Under the pieces are notes generated by a model, which was given only the letters and a program-made list of their open reading frames with translations, was not told the origin of the DNA and did no database searches. A DNA stretch of 64,000 nucleotides from a bacterium (GTDB taxonomy: Bacteria > Sysuimicrobiota > Sysuimicrobiia > Sysuimicrobiales > Segetimicrobiaceae). Made by a program: the position numbers and the translations under genes. Where the stretch lies: assembly GCA_035307565.1 (NCBI GenBank), contig DATGHZ010000015.1, forward strand, positions 24,616 through 88,615. Direction: 5' to 3'. Positions 57,028 through 64,000 of the stretch are shown here, piece by piece (the stretch's first letter is position 1; the number at the start of each line of letters is the position of its first letter).

Positions 57028-58614
57028 ATGAACGAACGGCCGCGCGGCCGGGGCCAGGACGATTCCGCGACCGCCCGCATGTGGGGCGGACGGTTCCGGG
57101 GCACGATCGACCCGACGGTGGCGGCCTTTACGACGTCGCTTCCGTTTGACCGGCGGTTGTACCGGGCGGATATCCTCGGCAGTATCGCGCACGCGACCAT
57201 GCTGGGCCGCTGCGGCATCATCGAGGCCGGCGAAGCCGATGAGCTCGTCCGCGGCCTGCGTGAATTGATCCAGGAAATCGACGCGGGCGTGCTGCGCATT
57301 CAAGGCGCCGAAGACATTCACACGTTCGTCGAGGCACAGCTGCGGACGCGCCTCGGCGACGTGGCGGGACGGCTCCACACGGCCCGGTCGCGCAACGACC
57401 AGGTCGCGACCGACCTGCGCGTGTACCTGAAGGGCGAGATCGTGACGCTCGTCGGCCGGACCGCCGCCCTGCAGCAGGTGCTGCTGATGCTGGCCGAAGG
57501 CCACCCGTCGGTGATCATCCCCGGCTACACGCACATGCAGCGCGCGCAGCCGGTGCTCCTGGCGCATCATCTCCTCGCGTATCTGTGGATGCTGCAGCGC
57601 GACGCGGAGCGGTTCCGCGAGGTCTTCGCGAGAACCGACGTGCTGCCGCTCGGGGCCGCGGCGCTGGCCGGCACGTCGTATCCCATCGACCGTCAGCTGG
57701 TCGCCTCGATGCTCGGGTTCTCGCGTGTCGCGGAAAACAGCCTGGACGCGACGGCGGACCGGGACTTCGCGGTCGAGTTTGTTGCCGCCGCGGCGCTGTT
57801 GATGTCGCACCTGTCGCGCCTTGCCACCGAGATCGTGCTGTGGGCGACATCGGAGTTCGGGTTCGTCGAACTGCTGGACACGATCAGCAGCGGCAGCAGC
57901 ATCATGCCGCAGAAGAAGAATCCGGATGCCGCGGAACTGGTGCGCGGCAAGGCCGCGCGCGTGATCGGCGATCTCACCGCGATCCTGGCGATGCTGCGCG
58001 GCCTCCCGCTTGCCTACAACAGCGACCTGCAGGAAGACAAGAACGCCGTCTTCGACGCCGTCGACACCGCCCAGGCGAGCCTGCAGGTTATGGGCATCAT
58101 CCTCAACGGCATTCGTTTCAACACGGATCGCATCGCCGCGCAACTGCGGGGGGGGCTGATGGGCGCGACCGAGCTCGCGGACTACCTCGCGCGCCGCGGC
58201 ATGCCGTTTCGGGAGGCGCACGAACTGGTCGGCCGCGTGGTGCTGTACGCGCAGGAGCACGGCCGGGAACTCTGGGAACTCTCTCCCGAGGAGTACCAGC
58301 AATTCAGCCCATTGCTCGAGGCCGACGCGCGCGACTTCACGACCCCCGCCGGCGGGGTCGCGGCGAAGCGCTCCGAGGGCGGAACGGCGCCCGAGCGTGT
58401 CGCGGAGCAGCTGCAGCTCGCGCGCGCGGCGGTAGCGCGGACCCTGTCGTGGCTCGCCGCGCTGCCCGCCGTCCCCGCGGAGCGCGGCACCACCGCGCCC
58501 GCGGGCGGCGCCTTCGGCCGTCACGGGGGACGAACGGCCGCGGCGCGGTCGCCCGGCGAGGACCCTCGGCCCACGCCGGAGGGCCACCGCCCCCAGGGCG
58601 GCAAGCCGGCGTAG
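57028..58614 (+). CDS. argH: Argininosuccinate lyase
   Basis: MWGGRF, HTARSRNDQVATD and GSSIMPQKKNPD signatures. Start is ATG 57028 or 57079. Has a roughly 55-aa low-complexity C-terminal tail. Confidence 0.92.
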   Translation: MNERPRGRGQDDSATARMWGGRFRGTIDPTVAAFTTSLPFDRRLYRADILGSIAHATMLGRCGIIEAGEADELVRGLRELIQEIDAGVLRIQGAEDIHTFVEAQLRTRLGDVAGRLHTARSRNDQVATDLRVYLKGEIVTLVGRTAALQQVLLMLAEGHPSVIIPGYTHMQRAQPVLLAHHLLAYLWMLQRDAERFREVFARTDVLPLGAAALAGTSYPIDRQLVASMLGFSRVAENSLDATADRDFAVEFVAAAALLMSHLSRLATEIVLWATSEFGFVELLDTISSGSSIMPQKKNPDAAELVRGKAARVIGDLTAILAMLRGLPLAYNSDLQEDKNAVFDAVDTAQASLQVMGIILNGIRFNTDRIAAQLRGGLMGATELADYLARRGMPFREAHELVGRVVLYAQEHGRELWELSPEEYQQFSPLLEADARDFTTPAGGVAAKRSEGGTAPERVAEQLQLARAAVARTLSWLAALPAVPAERGTTAPAGGAFGRHGGRTAAARSPGEDPRPTPEGHRPQGGKPA

Positions 58615-58623
58615 GCCGCGACC

Positions 58624-59196
58624 GTGGGACCCGCGAACGGCATGCGACTAGGCCTACGGCGTGAGCCCAAACCGCGCCGGGCGAACGGCGCCCGCGACGC
58701 GAAGCCGGCGGCCCGGCGCCGGCGGGAGGCGACGCGGGCGGAGCGTGAGCGCCGCATCCGCGAAATTCTCGGCCGCCACCCGATCGAGACGCAGGACGAC
58801 CTGGTCGGACGGCTGCGCGCCGAGGGCTTGGCCGTGACCCAGGCCACGGTCTCGCGGGACATCAAGCGCCTCGGCCTCGTCAAGCTGCCGCTGTCCGACG
58901 GCCGGTCGCAGTACGTCGCGCCGGAGCGGCCGTCGCCGGCGGACGTGCTGCGGCGGTTGCAGCATGCCGCGATGGAGTACGTGCTCTCCGTCGACGCGGG
59001 CGAGGAACTCGTCGTCGTGCACACGCTGACCGGCCGCGCGAACGCCGTGGCCGCGGCGATCGACGAGATGCAGTGGCCCGACGTGGTCGGCACCGTCGCC
59101 GGCGACGACACGATTCTGATCGTCCCGCGCCGGCGCGCGGGCCGCGGCCGGCTGCTCGGGATGCTGCGCCGCGTCATGGAGGGCGGGGCCCCGTAG
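58624..59196 (+). CDS. argR: Arginine repressor
   Basis: RIREILGRHPIETQDDLVGRLRAEGLAVTQATVSRDIKRLGLVK (wHTH) and C-terminal GTVAGDDTILIV. Preceded by an Arg/Lys-rich N-terminal extension of about 35-40 aa. Start is GTG 58624 or ATG 58642. Confidence 0.9.
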   Translation: MGPANGMRLGLRREPKPRRANGARDAKPAARRRREATRAERERRIREILGRHPIETQDDLVGRLRAEGLAVTQATVSRDIKRLGLVKLPLSDGRSQYVAPERPSPADVLRRLQHAAMEYVLSVDAGEELVVVHTLTGRANAVAAAIDEMQWPDVVGTVAGDDTILIVPRRRAGRGRLLGMLRRVMEGGAP

Positions 59197-59295
59197 CGAT
59201 CGATCCGCGGCCGGAAGTCGTCACGACCCGGGGGCGTCCCGTCACTTGTATCAGAGGGGTCGCCTCCGGGAAGGCCGAACCGATTCCGCGACGCG

Positions 59296-59790
59296 ATGGA
59301 TGTCATCGTCACCAATCTGCAGGGCGCACAGGTGGACGTGGGGTTCGTGCGCGACGTCCTCGTGCAGGCGCTCCGGCTTCAGGGCTACCGCCATCCGCCC
59401 GACGTCGGTGTGGCGCTCGTGGACGACGGCTACATCCGGGTGCTGAATCGCGAGTATCGCGGCGGCGACTATGCGACGGACGTGCTGGCGTTTCCCATCG
59501 ATCCCGACGACGGCGCGCCGGCGTCTTCGCAGGCCGGCGAGGCGACGCTCGGCGACATTGTCATCTCCGTGGAGCGTGCGCGTGAGCAGGCACGGCAGTT
59601 CAAACACCCGCTGCGGCGCGAGGTCGCGCTGCTTGCGATCCACGGCCTGCTGCATCTCTTGGGCTACGACGACGAAACCGAGGCGGCCGCATCGGTGATG
59701 TGGGCGCGCCAGAAGGAACTGCTGGAGACGATTCTCGGCGAGGGCGCGCCGTCGCCGCGAGCGCGTCCCGCGCGGGACCTCGGGCGGTAG
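59296..59790 (+). CDS. ybeY: rRNA maturation endoribonuclease YbeY
   Basis: TDVLAFP...GDIVIS...HGLLHLLGYDD. The third position of the H-x3-H-x5-H metal motif is Asp here. Confidence 0.88.
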   Translation: MDVIVTNLQGAQVDVGFVRDVLVQALRLQGYRHPPDVGVALVDDGYIRVLNREYRGGDYATDVLAFPIDPDDGAPASSQAGEATLGDIVISVERAREQARQFKHPLRREVALLAIHGLLHLLGYDDETEAAASVMWARQKELLETILGEGAPSPRARPARDLGR

Positions 59791-60311
59791 TGCGTCCCGC
59801 CGCCGCCCCCCCGGCCGCCGGGGCCCGGACGAGCGAGTCCCCCGCCGGGATCGCGTCCACACGCCGGCCCCGCTCGTTTCCCGCGGCCGTGGCGTGCGCG
59901 CTCCGGGGGCTCCGGTTTGCGACGCGCCGGCAGCCGAACCTCCGTGCGCACATCGCCATCGCCGGGCTGGTGTTGCTCGCGGGCGCCGCCGCCGGGCTCA
60001 CGGCCGTTGAACTGGCGCTGCTCGCCGCGGCCGGCGGGCTTGTGCTGTCCGCGGAACTGCTCAACACTTCGATCGAGCTCGTGACGGATCTGGTGTGCCC
60101 GACCGAAGATCCGCGCGCGGCCGCGGTCAAGGATGTGTCGGCCGGCGCGGTACTCGCCGTTTCCGGCGCCGCGGCGGCGCTCGCGCTCTTCATCCTGCTG
60201 GGGCACGTGTCGCCCGGCGGATCGGCGGCCGGCCGCGCGGCCGCCGCGCTCGGAGTCGCGTGTCTCGCCGCGGCCGTCATGGCGGCGCGCCGCCGCGCGG
60301 CGGGCGGCTGA
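59790..60311 (+). CDS. dgkA: Diacylglycerol/undecaprenol kinase (DgkA family)
   Basis: NLRAHIAIAGLVL...SAELLNTSIELVTD...VKDVSAGAVL. Candidate GTG 59790 overlaps the ybeY stop. The ORF track starts at 59700, inside ybeY. Confidence 0.78.
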   Translation: MRPAAAPPAAGARTSESPAGIASTRRPRSFPAAVACALRGLRFATRRQPNLRAHIAIAGLVLLAGAAAGLTAVELALLAAAGGLVLSAELLNTSIELVTDLVCPTEDPRAAAVKDVSAGAVLAVSGAAAALALFILLGHVSPGGSAAGRAAAALGVACLAAAVMAARRRAAGG

Positions 60312-60332
60312 GCACGCGCCGCCGCCAGATGG

Positions 60333-60341
60333 ATGTTATAA
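60333..60341 (+). promoter_or_regulatory. Extended -10 promoter (TGtTATAAT) about 100 nt upstream of the CorC/HlyC gene
   Basis: TGTTATAAT at 60333-60341 in an AT-rich patch. The downstream UTR carries a CGUUG/CAACG hairpin and the palindrome ACGACGUCGU. Confidence 0.5.
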
Positions 60342-60441
60342 TTCACCCGTTGGACTTGTTCAACGCCACGACGTCGTCTTGTCTCCGAATTGGTCCCGTG
60401 CGGCGTGCCGTCTCCGGCGCGGCGGGTAAAGGATAGTACGA

Positions 60442-61746
60442 GTGGGCCTGCGTGTTCTGCTTCTCGCCGTTCTCATTCTCTGCGGTGCGTTCTTCGGCTC
60501 CGCGGAGACTGCCCTGTTTGCGGCGAGCCGGATGACGCTGCGGCGTTTGCGTGACGCCGGCGACCGTCGCGCGCGCGCCGCCCACCAGATGCTCGAGGAC
60601 CCGGGGATGCTCCTCACAACCCTGCTTGCCGGCAGCACGATCGCGAACGTCGGGTCGTCGGTGGTCGCGACATCCATCGCGTTGAGTTTTCTCCGCCGTC
60701 AAACCGGCGAACTCGTGGCCTTCGTCGGGGCCACGGTGCTCGTCTTGATTCTCGGCGAGATCGCGCCGAAAACGCTCGCCGTCCGCTACGCGGACAAGTG
60801 GGCGCTGCACGTGGCCGGGAGCGTCCGGGCGGTCAGCTACGTGCTCACGCCGCTCGTCCGCGTCCTCTCGCTCGTCGGGACCGCGATCGTGCGCCCGTTC
60901 GGCGGCGCCATCACGCCGCGGGCGCCGCTCGTGACGGAGGACCAGCTGCGTTTCCTCGTCCAGGTCGGGGAAGAAGAGGGCGTGCTCGAGGAAAAAGAGC
61001 GCGAGATGATCCACTCGATCTTCGAATTCGGCGACACACTCGTGCGCGAGGTGATGCGGCCGCGCGTCGATCTCATCGCCGTTCCTGCCAAGGCCACGAT
61101 CAACGAAGCCCTCGGCCTCGTGATGGAGTACGGGCACTCGCGGCTGCCGGTGTACGAGGGGAGCATCGACCACGTGGTCGGCGTGGTGTACGTGCGCGAT
61201 CTGCTGCCGGCGCTGCGGCAGGGCCGGTTCGACCAGCCCGTGGCCGAGGTGCAGCGGCCGCCGTTCTTCGTGCCGGAGACGAAGAAGGTCGACGAGCTCT
61301 TCCGGGAGATGCAGCGCCGCAAGGTCTCCATGGCCATCGTCGTCGACGAATACGGCGGCACGGCCGGGCTCGTGACGATGGAGGATCTGCTGGAAGAGAT
61401 CGTGGGCGAGATTCAGGACGAGTACGATCTGGAGGAAAAACCGATTCAACTCCTAGACGACCGGACGGCGGTCGTCAACGGCCGCACGTCCATCGCGGAA
61501 GTCAACGAGACACTCGGGCTTGAACTGCCGCCCATCGAAGAAGTCGACACGATTGCCGGGCTCGTCTATGCGCTGGCGGGCCGTGTGCCGGTGCAGGGTG
61601 AGACCGTGTCGGTTGCCGGCGCCGAACTCCGCGTGGAGCGTGTTCTCGGCCAACGGATCACCAAGGTGCGGATCACGCGCCTATCGCCGCTGCCGGCCGC
61701 CCAGGAAGCCTCGCTGCCGACGCGCTCCCCCGCGGCCGGCGCCTGA
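60442..61746 (+). CDS. CNNM/HlyC/CorC-family transporter (DUF21 TM domain + CBS pair + CorC_HlyC)
   Basis: N-terminal FFGSAETALFA...L, CBS region VREVMRPRVD...RLPVY and C-terminal transporter-associated domain. GTG start follows AAAGGA. Confidence 0.85.
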   Translation: MGLRVLLLAVLILCGAFFGSAETALFAASRMTLRRLRDAGDRRARAAHQMLEDPGMLLTTLLAGSTIANVGSSVVATSIALSFLRRQTGELVAFVGATVLVLILGEIAPKTLAVRYADKWALHVAGSVRAVSYVLTPLVRVLSLVGTAIVRPFGGAITPRAPLVTEDQLRFLVQVGEEEGVLEEKEREMIHSIFEFGDTLVREVMRPRVDLIAVPAKATINEALGLVMEYGHSRLPVYEGSIDHVVGVVYVRDLLPALRQGRFDQPVAEVQRPPFFVPETKKVDELFREMQRRKVSMAIVVDEYGGTAGLVTMEDLLEEIVGEIQDEYDLEEKPIQLLDDRTAVVNGRTSIAEVNETLGLELPPIEEVDTIAGLVYALAGRVPVQGETVSVAGAELRVERVLGQRITKVRITRLSPLPAAQEASLPTRSPAAGA

Positions 61747-61767
61747 CCCGTCCCCAGAGCCGTTGGC

Positions 61768-61790
61768 GAGGGGCCGCGCGCGGCCGCCTC
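61768..61790. terminator. GC-rich hairpin between convergent CorC/HlyC and GGDEF genes
   Basis: GAGG-GGCCGCGCGCGGCC-gCCTC palindrome. No U-tract. Confidence 0.3.
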
Positions 61791-61814
61791 ACCGCGTGGG
61801 CCGGCCCTGCCGGG

Positions 61815-62873
61815 CTACAGCTCGCCGATGCCGTCGCCGCCGGCGCGCTTGACCTTGTAGAGCGCCCGGTCCGCGGCCCTCATCAAGCCGGCTTCGTCCG
61901 TCCCCGACTCTTTCGTCGTGGCGACGCCGATGCTGATGCGCAGGCGCGCGCCCGCCGCCTCTTTGATCCGCAGCCTCGCGACCTGCTCCTGGATCCGCGC
62001 CGCGGCGTCAAGCGCCCCCTCTTTCTCCGTTTCCGGCAGCACGATTAGGAACTCGTCGCCGCCGTACCGGGTCGCGAGGTCCATCGACCGGCAGGCGCTT
62101 CGTAGCACCCCGGCCAGCGCCTGCAGCGCCGCGTCGCCGGTGGAGTGGCCGTAGGCGTCGTTCACCTGCTTGAACTGGTCGACGTCCACGAGCAGGAGCG
62201 AGACCGTCTCGTCCTTGCGGACGGCGCGCGCCAGCTCACGCTCGAGGGTTTGCTGCAGCGCGCGGCGGTTGGGCAGCCCCGTCAAACTGTCCGTCATGGC
62301 GAGGAGGATCTGGTCTTCGTGCAGGCGGGCGTTCTCGAGCGAGATCGCCGCGTGGCCGCAGAACGCGTAAAAGAGTTCCTGTTCCGAATCGGACCATCGC
62401 TTCGGAGCGTCAAAATAGCACGCGAGCGTCCCGATGGCGCGGCCGCCGTGGAGGAGCGGCCATTCGCCGAGGGCCTGAAATTCCGCCGGCAGCGCGGTGC
62501 GCCGGACGTCCGCGGGCATCGAGCCGGGGTCGGGATAGAGAATCGGCGGTATTCCTTCGGTGTCCAACCGGCCGATCCGGAGGGGTCCCGCCTTTGCCGA
62601 CAGCAGGCGGCCGGTGGGAAATACCTGGCCGCCCGATGCGACCGTGGCGATAAAGTCGGCCGGCACGCCGTCCGACCAGGCGCAGTGGAGCGCCCCGCCG
62701 GGATGTTCGAGCCAGACGATCGCGCCTTTGGCCCTGCTGAGTTCGCGGGCGCTGTTCCCGATGAGCGGGATCAACTCGCGCAGGGGCAGGAGTCGCGTCA
62801 GCCGTGTAGTGAGGATTACCAGCCGGCCCAGCGACGTGGCCAAATCAGTCTCGTTCAACCATGGCTGAACCAT
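61815..62873 (-). CDS. GAF-domain diguanylate cyclase (GGDEF)
   Basis: N-terminal GAF-like half. C-terminal LTGLPNRRAL...VDVDQFKQVNDAYGH...RYGGDEFLIV with intact GGDEF. RSMD I-site (RxxD) lies 5 residues upstream. Confidence 0.88.
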   Translation of the reverse strand: MVQPWLNETDLATSLGRLVILTTRLTRLLPLRELIPLIGNSARELSRAKGAIVWLEHPGGALHCAWSDGVPADFIATVASGGQVFPTGRLLSAKAGPLRIGRLDTEGIPPILYPDPGSMPADVRRTALPAEFQALGEWPLLHGGRAIGTLACYFDAPKRWSDSEQELFYAFCGHAAISLENARLHEDQILLAMTDSLTGLPNRRALQQTLERELARAVRKDETVSLLLVDVDQFKQVNDAYGHSTGDAALQALAGVLRSACRSMDLATRYGGDEFLIVLPETEKEGALDAAARIQEQVARLRIKEAAGARLRISIGVATTKESGTDEAGLMRAADRALYKVKRAGGDGIGEL

Positions 62874-62991
62874 CGGCCCGAACCATACCAGACTAGTGGT
62901 GTGCTGTCTAGACGAGTGCCACTAAACCTAACCTCGATGGAAATATCCCTCAAGGCCGCGTGACAGGACAGCGCCTTAGAGGGTCACCGGT

Positions 62992-64000
62992 CTACAAGGT
63001 CACCCGGCGGAACGCCTTCGCAAACCGCGGATCTTCGAGCCGAAAGCCGTCTGGATTCGTACCCCGGGCCAGGGCGAGGTGATAAGAGAAGAGTTGCAGC
63101 GGGACCGCGCAGGTGAGCGCCGCAAAAGGTTCCGGTACCGGCGGAACGCTCCATCTCGACGATGCGTCGGCGAGCATCGCCGCCGAGCCGTCGTCGACGA
63201 CAACGAAGGACGCCCCGATTTCCTGGATCGCCGCCGCCACGTCCGCTACGCGGCCCTGCCCGGGACCGGCCTGCGCGATGAGAATGAACAGATCCTCCGG
63301 CTCGGTGGACTGGAACGGTCCGTGCAGGATGGCTTCCGCGCTCATCCCCTGCGCCGTCGTATAGGACGTTTCCATGATCTTGAGGGTCCCCTCGACGGCC
63401 GCGACGGCCCCCGGTCCGGCGCCGACGAGCCAGATCCGGGGACTCGTCGCGAAGCGGCGCGCGGCGAGGGCCGTCTCCGGCTCGAGCGCGAGCGCACCCC
63501 GCAGAGCCGCCGGCAGCGCGGTGGTCAGCGTCGTGGGATCCAGTGTGGGCTGCCCGAGACGGCTCGCGCCGACCTGCGCGGCGAGCGCGGCGAGCGCCGC
63601 TACCGCGCCGGCGTAACTCACCGTGTGCGCCGAGGTGCGCTCCTGCGGGACCGTGTGCAAGAGCACGTCGGCCTGCGCGCGGTCGTCCGGCCCGTCGCCG
63701 GTGACGACCACGGTGGGGCCGCCCGCTTCCCGCGCGCGCATGAGGGCATCGCGGGTGTATCGCTTCGTCCCGCGGTGCGTGATCGTGACGACGGCGTCGC
63801 GCACGGTGAGCTGCGGTCCGTACAGGGCGAAATCGAAGGCGTGCGCCGCCTGGACCGGGAGGCCGCCGCCGTAGGCCCGTACGAGGTGTTCTCCCGCGAG
63901 CGCGGCGTGGTACGACGTACCGATGCCGACGAGGTAGAGGCGATCGCAGGCGGCGAGCCGCGGCGCCAGCGTGGTTACCGCGGGCCCGACGCGGGCCGCG
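62992..64000 (-). CDS. SIS-domain sugar-phosphate isomerase/aminotransferase-like protein (GlmS C-terminal/AgaS-like), 5' end outside window
   Basis: The frame stays open upstream of the GTG listed at 63804, through to the window edge. The upstream translation contains RLYLVGIGTSYHAALAG (SIS GxGTSxHA motif), and a second SIS half follows. Confidence 0.75.
   Translation of the reverse strand, partial: AARVGPAVTTLAPRLAACDRLYLVGIGTSYHAALAGEHLVRAYGGGLPVQAAHAFDFALYGPQLTVRDAVVTITHRGTKRYTRDALMRAREAGGPTVVVTGDGPDDRAQADVLLHTVPQERTSAHTVSYAGAVAALAALAAQVGASRLGQPTLDPTTLTTALPAALRGALALEPETALAARRFATSPRIWLVGAGPGAVAAVEGTLKIMETSYTTAQGMSAEAILHGPFQSTEPEDLFILIAQAGPGQGRVADVAAAIQEIGASFVVVDDGSAAMLADASSRWSVPPVPEPFAALTCAVPLQLFSYHLALARGTNPDGFRLEDPRFAKAFRRVTL

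Noticed and set aside
1-64000. Search for CRISPR arrays, tRNA/rRNA genes, transposases, integrases, phage or defence genes
   Set aside because: I saw no spaced direct-repeat arrays, cloverleaf-like segments in the intergenic gaps, or recognisable transposase, integrase or defence-domain translations. This was done by eye only; tRNAscan-SE, Infernal and a defence-system finder should confirm it.

Overview
Very GC-rich bacterial chromosomal segment, by eye about two-thirds to 70% G+C. Its regulatory elements are Gram-positive/Firmicutes-like: a T-box leader, a CIRCE operator, paired ARG boxes, hemE-hemH-hemY, hrcA-dnaJ-prmA and ybeY-dgkA. The organism is not identified; this lineage hint is inference only. 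Nt 1-33,900 is an accessory-type catabolic region. It holds five Opp/Dpp-type ABC importer cassettes, each a family-5 solute-binding protein plus two permeases, and I recognised no ABC ATPase gene anywhere in the window. The cassettes are interleaved with amidohydrolases, two creatininase-family paralogs, an arylsulfotransferase-like propeller, an NHL-repeat protein, a class-V aminotransferase, a PfkB kinase and an alpha/beta hydrolase. The hemEHY haem operon sits between cassettes 4 and 5. Nt 33,900-64,000 is housekeeping: T-box-controlled thrS, yceI-like, holA, rpsT, an AlkP-family phosphodiesterase, murJ, CIRCE-hrcA-dnaJ-prmA, carAB, argCJBD-argGH-argR, ybeY, dgkA, a CorC/HlyC transporter, a GAF-GGDEF cyclase and a SIS-domain gene. 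The most unusual signal is the 290-nt region upstream of carA. It has a near-consensus promoter, then palindromic TACTAGTACGAGT repeats, an SD-sequestering hairpin and an intrinsic terminator (a candidate sRNA or attenuator). A second promoter follows, buried under two ARG boxes, and the same two-box architecture recurs at argC. I recognised no rRNA, tRNA, CRISPR array, transposase or integrase. All functional calls rest on motif and family recognition by eye from the supplied translations; no database search was possible.
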